From Vicinamibacteria bacterium (GTDB lineage Bacteria; Acidobacteriota; Vicinamibacteria; Marinacidobacterales; Marinacidobacteraceae), in assembly GCA_963668695.2 (NCBI GenBank), contig CAXXLQ010000004.1:960001-1024000 (forward strand): a stretch of 64,000 nucleotides of DNA. Direction: 5' to 3'. The notes beneath the pieces were generated by a model. It worked only from the letters and a program-made list of their open reading frames with translations. It was not told the origin of the DNA and made no database searches. The translations under genes were made by a program, and so were the position numbers. Below are positions 10,221 to 20,057 of this stretch, one piece after another. The stretch's first letter is position 1, and every line of letters begins with the position of its first letter.

Positions 10221-10320
10221 GGGCCCCGTTCTCTCCGGTCAGCGGGCCCGCGGCGGTTTTCCGGCGGCGCGCCACCGGAGTCCGGTCTCCGGGATCGCCA
10301 TGGAATGCTCCCGCCCGCCC

Positions 10321-11160
10321 TCACGGTCCGCCGAAGAGCGTCCGTGGGGGCCGTTTCGGTTTGCGGTTCTCCTCGGCCGGCAACGGATCCAGCGACGCGA
10401 GGTCCGGTTCGGGTTCGACTTCGACGCCAAAGACGTCCGCGAGCCCCTGCGCGTCCAGGGGGAGCGTCTTCCCCGGCGCGGGCTCGGGCAGGCCCTTCAG
10501 CGCGGAGTTGGCCACGGCGCCGAGGTGCGCGCCGCGCAGTTCGAAAAGCGCTTCCGGAACCTCATCCAGCCGGATCCCCACACCGTAGAGCGCCGCCGCC
10601 GCGTGTTCGCAGAGCGGGAAGCGCCGGTCGAGACAAACGCAGCGGAAGGAGATCTCGGCCGGGGACGGGAGCAGGCCGCCGACGACCGCGGCCTTCCGAA
10701 AGGCCTCCGGCGGCTGCCCGACGATCTCCCACCGCAACCACCCCCGGCGCGAGCACAGCTCCCGCAGGGCGTTCCAGCGGGGCGCGGAGAGGAGGGCGAT
10801 GTCCAGCGCCACCCCGTACTCGGACCCCGCCCGCACCCGCGCCCGGACGCCGCCTTGCCGGATCTCGAGGTGGATCACCGCGCCGCGCGCGACGGTTTCC
10901 CGGCCCCGCGCGAGGGTTTCCCGGCCGCGCGCGAGGAGCTCCGGGCAGGCGTAACGGCGTTCGAAGTGGTCGTGCCAGGCCGTGCCCCAGAGGTCCGTGT
11001 CGGGCAACCAGCCTTCGCTTCCCGGAACCGGCTGGAGGGCATGAAGGCGCTCCCGGGCACGCTCTGCGGCGCGGCGGAGGAACTCGTCGCGGGAAGGACT
11101 CGGAGAGGACCGGCGTCGGGGCGGCGGGGGCGGGCGGTCCACGCTCCCGGAGCGGCTCAC
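10321..11160 (-). CDS. Second SWIM zinc-finger protein (paralog of 9297-10220)
   Basis: LWGTAW...LARGRE; CVCLDRRFPLCEHAAAALYGVGIRLD...LFELRG...LADVFGVE. Confidence 0.8.
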   Translation of the reverse strand: MSRSGSVDRPPPPPRRRSSPSPSRDEFLRRAAERARERLHALQPVPGSEGWLPDTDLWGTAWHDHFERRYACPELLARGRETLARGRETVARGAVIHLEIRQGGVRARVRAGSEYGVALDIALLSAPRWNALRELCSRRGWLRWEIVGQPPEAFRKAAVVGGLLPSPAEISFRCVCLDRRFPLCEHAAAALYGVGIRLDEVPEALFELRGAHLGAVANSALKGLPEPAPGKTLPLDAQGLADVFGVEVEPEPDLASLDPLPAEENRKPKRPPRTLFGGP

Positions 11161-13925
11161 GCGACCTCACTCTCGACGGCGCGTCCGAGGTCGAGCCGCA
11201 CGAGATCCACGAGCTGATCGTCGCTCATTTCGGTGAGCGCCGCCTCCGCCCCGGCGGACAGCACCTCGGCGGAGAGCTGGCGCTTGTCCTGGATCATCGC
11301 GTCAATCCGCTCTTCCAGAGTGCCCCGGCAGACGAACTTGTGCACGAGGACGTTCCGGTGCTGGCCGATGCGGTAGGCCCGGTCGCTGGCCTGGTCCTCC
11401 ACCGCCGGATTCCACCAGCGGTCGAAGTGGATCACGTGCGAGGCCGCCGTCAGGTTCAGCCCGACGCCGCCGGCCTTCAGCGAGAGCGCGAGGAACGGCG
11501 TCCGCTCGTCCTCCTGGAACCGCCGGACGATCCCCGGCCGTTTCCTCACCGGAGTCCCGCCGTGGAGGATCAGCCCCGGCCGGCCGAACACGCGGTCGAG
11601 GAAGGCGGCGAGCGGCGGGAGCAGAGCGCGGAACTGGGTGAAGACGAGCGCCTTGTCCTGCCGCGCGGCGACCGATTCGCAGATCTCCCGTAGCCGCGTG
11701 AACTTCCCGCTCTCCGCGGGGTCGAAGTCGCCGTCGCCCAGCCACTGGGAGGGATGGTTGCAGATCTGCTTGAAGCGGGTCAGGAAGGCGAGCACCACGC
11801 CCCGGCGCTTGATCCCGTCTTCCGCCTTGAGGGCCGCCTCCATCTCAGCGACGGCTCGTTCGTAGAGTGCCGCCTGCTTCCGGCTGAGGGCGCAAAAAGC
11901 GGTGACCTCGGTCTTGTCCGGGAGGTCCGCGATGATGCTCCGGTCGGTCTTGAGCCTCCGGAGGACGTACGGCCGGAGGAGCCGGCGAAGCGGCGCGTAG
12001 CCCTGCTTCCGGTCCCGGGCCATGGATTTCGCGGCGCGCTGGAACTCCTTCGCGGTCCCGAGGAGCCCCGGGTTCAGGAAGTCGAAGAGCGACCAGAGAT
12101 CCCCCAGCCGGTTCTCCACCGGGGTCCCGGTGAGCGCGAGCTTCCAGCCGGCCGGGATCGCCTTGACCGCGCGCGTCTGTTTCGCGGCCGGGTTCTTGAT
12201 CGCCTGCGCCTCGTCGAGCACCACGCTGCGCCAGCGCCGCTTCCGCATCCACGGCGTGCGCAGGACCGTGCCGTAGGTCGTCACCACCAGATCGGCGGCA
12301 GCGAGTTCGGCTGCCGGGAGCTTCTTGAGGCGCGCCGACGGAATCCGGGACGGATGCGCGATCAGCAACCGCAGCTGCGGCGCGAAGCGCTCGGCTTCCC
12401 GCCGCCAGTTCTCGAGGAGCGACGCCGGCGCGACCAGCAGGTCCGGGCCTTTTTCACGGTTTTGGGCCTCACCGTTTTGGGCCTCGCCGTCCTGAGCCGC
12501 GAGGCAGAACACGGCGAGCGCCTGGATGGTCTTCCCGAGCCCCATGTCGTCGGCAAGACAGCCGCCGAGCCGGAGGCCCCGGAGGGTGAGCAGCCAGCCC
12601 ACCCCGCGCTCCTGGTAGGGGCGGAGGACCGCCCGCAGTCCGGCCTCTGCGGCCGCTTCAGCCGGCGGCGGGGCGTCCCGCAGCGCCCGGAGCTGCTCCC
12701 GGAGCCAGGGACCGGCAACCACGTTCGACCAGTCGGGGGCCTCCGGATCTTCGACCTCGCCGGACGCTTCCGAGAGGTTGACCCCGGCGAGGAGCCGCAT
12801 CGCCTCGCCCAGCGGGATCCCGAGCGCCTCGGCACGCTCCTGCGCCTTCTCCCAGACGCCGAGCACCTCCCGGAGTTTCTCCGCGTCCACCTCGACCCAT
12901 TTCCCCCGGATGAGCGCCAGTCCTTCGGAAGCACCGAGGAGTTCTGCGCGCTCGGCCTCGCTGAGCGCTTCGCCGTCGAGGGTGAGCGAGAGGTCGAAAT
13001 CGAGCAGGGCGTCCACCCCCAGCCGCGACGGTTCGCGCGATCCCACGGTGACGGAGACCCGCGGCCGGGGCGGCGCCTTCGGGTTCCACCAATCGGGCGT
13101 TCGGGTCACGAGCCCGGCGCGTTCATAGACGGCGGTCTCGCGGAGGAAGCGGTGGGCCTCGGCCGCGCTCCAGGGCAGCGGCCGGTAGATGCGCCCCGAA
13201 GCCAGTAACTCCCGCAGGAACTCGCTCTCTTCCGCGGCGCGGTTGAGCGGGGCGAGCAGCGCGAGCAGCTTCTTGCGGTTCCGCTGGCCGGCGTAGTCGC
13301 GGAGCGCCCGATGGAGCGGGAGGTGGGAGGGCTGGGCGCGCCCGGTCACCCGGTGGACGTAGGTCGCCATGAACGCGAACGGGTGGCGCGGGTCGCGGCG
13401 GTTCTCGGCGAGGTGGAGGCAGACCCGCCCCACCACGTTCCACAGGCGGCTCTCCTGCCGCAACCAGCCCGAGAGTCCGCCGGGCGCCGACCGCGCGCGC
13501 TCGGCGAGCACGCTGCCGAGATCGCGCCAGAGCCTTTCGAGGACCTCGGCGGTGACGAGTTCGGCGCCGGGCATCGGGGGAACCGATTCGGCGTGCCCGG
13601 CCAGCCCTCCCGGATCGGGCTCGGGGTGGACGAAGGTCTCGGGTTCCAGCGGATCGAGCGCCGTACAGGCGCCGGCGACGAACATCCGCCCGAGGTCACG
13701 CCAGAACTCCAGGGACGGATGGAAGTCCGTCCCGGGCTCCGCCACCCCGAGGTGCAGGACCCCGGCGGCCGGACCTTCGGCAAAGGCCTCCAGCACCCGC
13801 CTTTCTGCCGCGGCGGAGAGTTCCGGGCCCGGTTCGCCGGAAACGCCGACGAGGATCCGCCCGCCCGGCGTCCGTTCCGCGACGAGGACGCGCGGCTTCG
13901 GTTCCGGGCCCGCGGCTGGTTCCAT
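11157..13925 (-). CDS. SNF2-family (Swi2/Snf2) helicase/translocase
   Basis: LRPYQERG, CLADDMGLGKT, LDEAQAIKN, ALTGTPVENRL, LSLKAGGVGLNLT, HFDRWWNPAVEDQASDRAYRIGQ; overlaps the SWIM gene start. Confidence 0.95.
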   Translation of the reverse strand: MEPAAGPEPKPRVLVAERTPGGRILVGVSGEPGPELSAAAERRVLEAFAEGPAAGVLHLGVAEPGTDFHPSLEFWRDLGRMFVAGACTALDPLEPETFVHPEPDPGGLAGHAESVPPMPGAELVTAEVLERLWRDLGSVLAERARSAPGGLSGWLRQESRLWNVVGRVCLHLAENRRDPRHPFAFMATYVHRVTGRAQPSHLPLHRALRDYAGQRNRKKLLALLAPLNRAAEESEFLRELLASGRIYRPLPWSAAEAHRFLRETAVYERAGLVTRTPDWWNPKAPPRPRVSVTVGSREPSRLGVDALLDFDLSLTLDGEALSEAERAELLGASEGLALIRGKWVEVDAEKLREVLGVWEKAQERAEALGIPLGEAMRLLAGVNLSEASGEVEDPEAPDWSNVVAGPWLREQLRALRDAPPPAEAAAEAGLRAVLRPYQERGVGWLLTLRGLRLGGCLADDMGLGKTIQALAVFCLAAQDGEAQNGEAQNREKGPDLLVAPASLLENWRREAERFAPQLRLLIAHPSRIPSARLKKLPAAELAAADLVVTTYGTVLRTPWMRKRRWRSVVLDEAQAIKNPAAKQTRAVKAIPAGWKLALTGTPVENRLGDLWSLFDFLNPGLLGTAKEFQRAAKSMARDRKQGYAPLRRLLRPYVLRRLKTDRSIIADLPDKTEVTAFCALSRKQAALYERAVAEMEAALKAEDGIKRRGVVLAFLTRFKQICNHPSQWLGDGDFDPAESGKFTRLREICESVAARQDKALVFTQFRALLPPLAAFLDRVFGRPGLILHGGTPVRKRPGIVRRFQEDERTPFLALSLKAGGVGLNLTAASHVIHFDRWWNPAVEDQASDRAYRIGQHRNVLVHKFVCRGTLEERIDAMIQDKRQLSAEVLSAGAEAALTEMSDDQLVDLVRLDLGRAVESEVA

Positions 13926-13957
13926 CGGGCGGAGAGAGTATTCGCGTGCCCCGGGTC

Positions 13958-14003
13958 GGGAGTCAGCGGATCAGGGAGTCAGCGGCTCAGGAGTCAGCGG
14001 ATC
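13958..14003. repeat. Short tandem repeat GGAGTCAGCGG(A/C)TC x3
   Basis: Seen directly upstream of the SNF2 start. Confidence 0.7.
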
Positions 14004-14078
14004 GGGGACGTCGCGGCCGCGGCTGGCGGAACGCCCCGGGGGCCGGCGCTATGGATCACCCGGGGCCGGTTCATGAGC

Positions 14079-14164
14079 CACAACGCCCGTTGTGGTGCAC
14101 AGGTGATCCACTAATCCCGTTGTGGATCACTTTTCGTCGTAAGTGAGACACAACGCCCGTTGTG
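14079..14164. promoter_or_regulatory. Cluster of palindromic CACAAC-N4-GTTGTG sites upstream of the SNF2/SWIM operon
   Basis: 14079-14094 and 14149-14164 are identical (CACAACGCCCGTTGTG); variant at 14109-14124 is nested in GTGATCCAC...GTGGATCAC. Confidence 0.45.
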
Positions 14165-14209
14165 AATCACCGGTGAGACACAAGAAGCCCTGGAGGCCCC
14201 CAAGAGCCG

Positions 14210-15658
14210 CTACGGTTTGCCGCCGGGTCGCGGGATCTTCAGTTCCGCCCACAGCCAGGACAGATCCACCGGGCGGCGACTGTCCTCAACGGCGCTTCGT
14301 GATTCGAGGTTCTCGATTCCCTTGAGCCACTCCACCACGGCAGCGCGACCTTTCTTCGTCTTCACCGCCCGCCGGGGCGTTCGTTTCCCCAGCATGGGAA
14401 CCGGCTCGTCCAGGACCTGCCGGTAGTGCTCCTCATACTGGCCGCGCACGAGCGCCTCCATGACCTCGGGCGGCAGGTCCGGTTTCTTCGGTTTCGGCGG
14501 CGATTCTCCCGGCGGGGTTCGAAGTCGCTGCGCGGGATCCTCGTGCGAGGTCAACGGATTCCCCAGCAGCGGCCCGAGACGCGAGTTGAGCAACTCCCGT
14601 CCCCGCTCGGCGCGTTCGACGGAGTTCACGCGGAGCAAGAGAGCTCCGTCCACGATCTCGGCGCTCCCGAGGTCGAGATAGGCGACACCCGCCTCCGGAT
14701 CGTCCTGTAAAAGCTCTCTGGGAAGCCGCAGCGCCGAAACAGCGCGGCCCTGCCACGACCACCGCAGTTCGTTCCCATCCGCCCGGTCGAACTCGGGGAC
14801 GTCGTCCAGCGCGGCGGCGACTTCGGTCTCACTTCCCTTGATCGGAAACCGAACAGTGGACAGGACCAAGGGTTCGTCATCCGTGTTCCTCATCTGGGGG
14901 AGGGGGGCCTCGAGCCGTTCCAGGGTCCACTCCGCATAGGAAGTCGTGAAGAAGACTCCAGCTTTGGGGCTCTGCAGCAAGAAATCCCGCGTCTCAGCCT
15001 CACTGGCTTCCTGATCTTGGCCCAACTTCTTCGCGGCCTTGCGAATCTCCTTCTGGAGATCCTTGGCGATACCTCCAAGTCTCGCGATGCAGTGCTGGGC
15101 CAGCTCGCGGGGGAAGTGGAGCACCGCCCCGGTAAAGCACCTCGTCCGGCCCACCCGCACCACCCGCGCGAAGACGCAGTCCCAAAGACCCAGCGTTTCG
15201 GAGCCGGCCTGTTCGTCCACCCGCACCGGCTCGCTTTCCCGGATGAGGTCCCGAACGGTCAGTTCGCGGCCGCGCTTGAAATCCACTACCTCGTAGAGCG
15301 AAGCCGTCGAGTCCCGGAGGGCCAGGAGATAGTTGCGGGCGGGGCCTTTCTCGAGCCATCCCCGCCGGGCGAGGTAGCCGTCCACCACGTTCTCCTCCCC
15401 GTCCTCGCCGAAGCGAGCGGAGAGAAAGTCCTCAAAGATGCAGGCGAAAAACGGTGGCCCCAGCGGACCCAGTCTGTTGAACAGTTCCTTGTCGGAGATT
15501 CCGATTTCTTCGAACTGCTCCAAGTGGACCGCGAACACGCTGTTCTTGCGGTCCTCCCACTCGTTGCCGCTCGCCCACTGCATGACGTTTCTCACGGCTC
15601 GCTCGCCGCCGCGAATACGCACGACAGAAAGGTAACGGAACCAGCCTCCCGTAGGCAC
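14210..15658 (-). CDS. Conserved hypothetical protein with possible C-terminal Xre/MbcA/ParS-like domain (true start probably ~15585-15600)
   Basis: Globular 450+ aa ORF (CIFEDFL...VVDGYLARRGW...SLYEV); C-terminus YRQVLDEPVPMLGKRTPRRAV resembles DUF2384-type domains. Confidence 0.7.
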   Translation of the reverse strand: MPTGGWFRYLSVVRIRGGERAVRNVMQWASGNEWEDRKNSVFAVHLEQFEEIGISDKELFNRLGPLGPPFFACIFEDFLSARFGEDGEENVVDGYLARRGWLEKGPARNYLLALRDSTASLYEVVDFKRGRELTVRDLIRESEPVRVDEQAGSETLGLWDCVFARVVRVGRTRCFTGAVLHFPRELAQHCIARLGGIAKDLQKEIRKAAKKLGQDQEASEAETRDFLLQSPKAGVFFTTSYAEWTLERLEAPLPQMRNTDDEPLVLSTVRFPIKGSETEVAAALDDVPEFDRADGNELRWSWQGRAVSALRLPRELLQDDPEAGVAYLDLGSAEIVDGALLLRVNSVERAERGRELLNSRLGPLLGNPLTSHEDPAQRLRTPPGESPPKPKKPDLPPEVMEALVRGQYEEHYRQVLDEPVPMLGKRTPRRAVKTKKGRAAVVEWLKGIENLESRSAVEDSRRPVDLSWLWAELKIPRPGGKP

Positions 15659-15710
15659 CCATCGATGGCGCGCCGGGAGAGACTGCCGACCTCCCGGTCG
15701 GCATCGCTCC

Positions 15711-18700
15711 GCCGCCAGATCCGGCTACTGCGACATGTTCCCGCCCAGCCGATCCCGCTGGAGCAACATGTTCCCCTGCCAGACCAGGACTGTCAGGAAT
15801 TGGGACTGTCAGGAATTCCGTGTGTAGGCGGGTGACTGTGGAATAGACGCATGCTCGGGCCGACCGATCCCGGAATTGACGCATGGTTCAGCCAACCGGC
15901 TCCGAAATAGACGCATGCCCGAGTCAACCGATTCCGGAATTGACGCATGCTCAGGCCGACCGATCCCGGAATTGACGCATGGTTGAGCCAGCCGACACCG
16001 GAATAGACGCATGCCCGGGCCGACCGATCCCGGAATTGACGCATGGTTGAGCCGGCCGACCCCGAAATAGACGCATGCCCGGGTCAACCGGCTCCGAAAT
16101 AGACGCATGCTCAGGCCAGCCGATCCCGGGATTGACGCATGGTTGAGCCAGCCGACACCGCTAGTGCGACATGTCCAGCCAGCCGACACCGCTAGTGCGA
16201 CATGTTCCCCCGACAGATCCCGCTATTGCGACATGTTCGGCTTCAGCAGATCCGGCTAGTGCAACATGTTCCTCCGCCAGATCCCGCTATTGCGACATGT
16301 TCGGCTTCAGCAGATCCCGCTAGAGCGACATGTTCCCCCGCCAGATCCCGCTATTGCGACATGTTCGGCTTCAGCAGATCCCGCTAGAGCGACATGTTCC
16401 CCCGCCAGATCCCGCTACTGCGACATGTTCGACCCCAGCAGATCCTGCTAGGGCGACATGTTCCCCCGCCAGATCCCGCTACTGCGACATGTTCGACCCC
16501 AGCCGACCCCGCTAGAGCGACATGTTCCCCCGCCAGATCCCGCTACTGCGACATGTTCGACCCCAGCCGACCCCGCTAGAGCGACATGTTCCCCCGCTAG
16601 AACCCGCTACTGCGACATGTTCGACCCAGCCGACCCCGCTAGAGCGACATGTTCCCCCGCCAGATCCCGCTACTGCGACATGTTCGACCCCAGCCGACCC
16701 CGCTAGAGCGACATGTTCCCCCGCCAGATCCCGCTATTGCGACATGTTCGGCTTCAGCAGATCCCGCTAGTGCGACATGTTCCCCCGCCAGATCCCGCTA
16801 TTGCGACATGTTCGGCTTCGGCCGACCCCGCTAGTGCGACATGTTCCCCCGCCAGATCCCGCTATTGCGACATGCGACATGTTCGACATGTTCCCCCGCC
16901 AGATCCCGCTATTGCGATGTTCGGCTTCGGCCGACCCCGCTAGTGCGACATGTTCCCCCGCCAGATCCCGCTACTGCGACATGTTCGACCCCAGCCGACC
17001 CCGCTAGTGCGACATGTTCCCCCGCCAGATCCCGCTACTGCGACATGTTCGACCCCGGCCGACCCCGCTAATGCGACATGTTCCCCCGCCAGATCCCGCT
17101 ATTGCGACATGTTCGGCTTCAGCAGATCCCGCTAGTGCGACATGTTCCCCCGCCAGATCCCGCTATTGCGACATGTTCGGCTTCGGCCGACCCCGCTAGT
17201 GCGACATGTTTCCCGCCAGATCCCGCTATTGCGACATGTTCGGCCAGCAGATCCCGCTAGAGCGACATGTTCCCCCGCCAGATCCCGCTACTGCGACATG
17301 TTCGACCCCAGCCGACCCCGCTAGTGCGACATGTTCCCCCGCCAGATCCCGCTACTGCGACATGTTCGACCCCAGCCGACCCCGCTAGAGCGACATGTTC
17401 CCCCGCCAGATCCCGCTACTGCGACATGTTCGACCCCAGCCGATCCCGCTAGAGCGACATGTTCCCCCGCCAGATCCCGCTACTGCGACATGTTCGACCC
17501 CCAGATCCCGCCGATGTTCCCCCGCTAGCTACTGCGACATGTTCGACCCAGCCGATCCCTAGTGCGACATGTTCCTCCGCCAGTCCCGTTACTGCGACAT
17601 GTTCCCAGCCAACCGACCCCGCTAGTGCGACATGTTCCCCCGCCAGATCCCGCTAGTGCGACATGTTCCCCCGCCGATCCCGCTAGTGCGACATGTTCCC
17701 CCGCCAGATCCCGCTAGTGCGACATGTTCCCCCGCCAGATCCCGCTAGTGCGACATGTTCGGCTTCAGCAGATCCCGCTAGTGCGACATGTTCGACATGT
17801 TCAGCCGACCCCGCTAGAGCGACATGTTCCCCCGCCAGATCCCGCTACTGCGACATGTTCGACCCCAGCCGATCCCGCTAGAGCGACATGTTCCCCCGCC
17901 AGATCCCGCTACTGCGACATGTTCGACCCCAGCCGACCCCGCTAGAGCGACATGTTCCCCCGCCAGATCCCGCTACTGCGACATGTTCGACCCCAGCCGA
18001 CCCCGCTAGTGCGACATGTTCCCCCGCCAGATCCCGCTACTGCGACATGTTCGACCCAGCCCCGCTAGTGCGACATGTTCGACCCCAGCCGACCCCGCTA
18101 GTGCGACATGTTCCCCCGCCAGATCCCGCTAGTGCGACATGTTCGACAGATCCCGCTAGTGCGACATGTTCCCCCGACAGATCCCGTTGCGACATGTTCG
18201 ACCCCAGCCGACCCCGCTAGAGCGACATGTTCCCCCGCCAGATCCCGCTACTGCGACATGTTCGACCCCAGCCGACCCCGCTAGTGCGACATGTTCCCCC
18301 GCCAGATCCCGCTACTGCGACATGTTCGACCCCAGCCGACCCCGCTACTGCGACATGTTCCCCCGCCAGATCCCGCTACTGCGACATGTTCGACCCCAGC
18401 CGACCCCGCTAGAGCGACATGTTCCCCCGCCAGATCCCGCTAATGCGACATGTTCGCCTCCAGCCGACTGCGACATGTTCGCCAGATCCCCTACTGCGAC
18501 CGAGCCCCGCTAGAGCGACATGTTCCCCCGCCAGATCCCGCTAGTGTGCGACATGTTCCCCCGCCAGATCCGGCTAGTGCGACATGTTCCCGGCCAGCCG
18601 ACCCCGCTAGTGCGACATGTTCCCCCGCCAGACCCGGCTAGTGCGACATGTTCCGCCCACCGACCCCGCTGCGACATGTTCCCCCGAGATCCCGCTACTG

Positions 18701-19030
18701 CGACATGGACCCCGGGAACCCCTGCGAATTCCCCCGCTCCCGAGAGCGATCCCGCTAGTGCGACATGTTCCCCCGCCAGATCCCGCTACTGCGACATGTT
18801 CCCCCGGCAGATCCCGCTAGAGCGACATGTTCCCCCGCCAGATCCCGCTATTGCGACATGTTCGACCCCAGCCGACCCCGCTAGAGCGACATGTTCCCCC
18901 GCCAGATCCCGCTACTGCGACATGTTCGACCCCAGCCGACCCCGCTAGTGCGACATGTTCCCCCGCCAGATCCCGCTACTGCGACATGTTCCCCCGCCAG
19001 ATCCCGCTAGAGCGACATGTTCCCCCCGAC
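15711..19030. repeat. Large non-coding satellite: ~32-bp monomers in a 64-bp higher-order repeat, two subfamilies
   Basis: Monomer A GCGACATGTTCCCCCGCCAGATCCCGCTACT (31 bp) alternates with B GCGACATGTTCGACCCCAGCCGACCCCGCTAGA or GCGACATGTTCGGCTTCAGCAGATCCCGCTAGT (33 bp). ORF track starts are offset by 64 bp. 15840-16160 is a related GACGCATG subfamily. Confidence 0.97.
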
Positions 19031-19176
19031 AGGCCCGAAACGCGCCAGCGAGCCGAGAGCGGGAAGAAGGCCCAGAAGGGGTGGCAACAAATGGCAGTCC
19101 TCCAGGGCAGACTCCTCGACACCGCGAAGTCCAGAGTGCCCCGCCCTTCCCCGTTCGCCGCCGGCCCCGCCGGACG

Positions 19177-20025
19177 GTGGCTGAGAACGTGCGCCACATC
19201 TGTGGCATTTCGGGGGGCAAGGACTCCAGCGCGCTCGCCCTCTATCTGCGCGGCAAGGTGCCGGACATGGAGTACTTCTTCTGCGACACCGGCGCGGAGC
19301 TCCCTGAGACCTACGAGTACCTGACCCGGCTCGAAGTGTTGCTCGGCCGCCCGATCGTCCGCCTGAACGCCGAACGGGGCTTCGACCATTGGTTCGAGGT
19401 GTTCCGCGGCGCGCTGCCCTCGCCCCAGATGCGCTGGTGCACCCGCAACATGAAGATCAAGCCGATCGAGGCGTGGATCGGGGACGAACCGGCGGTGTCC
19501 TACGTGGCGATCCGCGCCGACGAGGCGAACCGCAAGGGGTACATCTCCACGAAGCCGAACATCAAGAGCCGCTTCCCGTTCGTCGAGGACGGGGTTGACC
19601 GGGACGGCGTGATGCGGATCCTGGAGGACGCCGGGATCGGCCTTCCGAGCTACTACGAGTGGCGTACCCGGTCGGGGTGCTACTTCTGCTTCTACCAGCG
19701 CAAGGCGGAGTGGGTCGGCCTCGCGGACCGCCACCCAGACCTCTTCGAGCGTGCGGTGGCGATTGAGCAGAAGGTGCTGCAGGACGCCGGGGTTGCGGGG
19801 GACGCGGATTTCGGGGATCAGGCGATGCGGGGTCGGAACTACACCTGGTCCGGCGGCGAAAGCCTCCCCCAACTCCACGCCCGCCGGGACGAAATCCTCC
19901 GGAAGCATCATGACTCGCTGTCGCGCTCCCGGCGATCACGGCAGAACGTCCCGCTTCTCGAAGTGCTGGGGGACGCTCTCGACGAGGACGACGACACCAC
20001 GCCGTGCACCGTCTGCGCGCTGTAG
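19177..20025 (+). CDS. PAPS-reductase-family protein, SspD-like (DNA phosphorothioation / BREX type 4-type)
   Basis: GTG start; HICGISGGKDSSALA, YFFCDTGAELPETYEYL, LPSPQMRWCT, YVAIRADE, YYEWRTRSGCYFCFYQRKAEW, C-terminal CTVC. Confidence 0.8.
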   Translation: MAENVRHICGISGGKDSSALALYLRGKVPDMEYFFCDTGAELPETYEYLTRLEVLLGRPIVRLNAERGFDHWFEVFRGALPSPQMRWCTRNMKIKPIEAWIGDEPAVSYVAIRADEANRKGYISTKPNIKSRFPFVEDGVDRDGVMRILEDAGIGLPSYYEWRTRSGCYFCFYQRKAEWVGLADRHPDLFERAVAIEQKVLQDAGVAGDADFGDQAMRGRNYTWSGGESLPQLHARRDEILRKHHDSLSRSRRSRQNVPLLEVLGDALDEDDDTTPCTVCAL

Positions 20026-20057
20026 CAGCGGCTGGTTCGGCCAGGCGCCGTTTCGAT

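Noticed and set aside
17500-18760. Irregular, truncated monomers as a meaningful sub-structure
   Set aside because: The scattered small deletions look like poorly polished consensus inside a long repeat; they cannot be interpreted without reads.
16161-19030. CRISPR array
   Set aside because: The sequences between conserved cores are not unique spacers but a few recurring variants, the period is only ~32 bp, and no cas genes are present.
16202-19176. The many 60-165 aa MFPRQIPLLRHV ORFs and the 74-aa N-terminal extension of the SspD-like ORF
   Set aside because: Artefacts of the 64-bp period (not a multiple of 3) with recurring TAG stops; the PAPS-reductase domain begins at GTG 19177.
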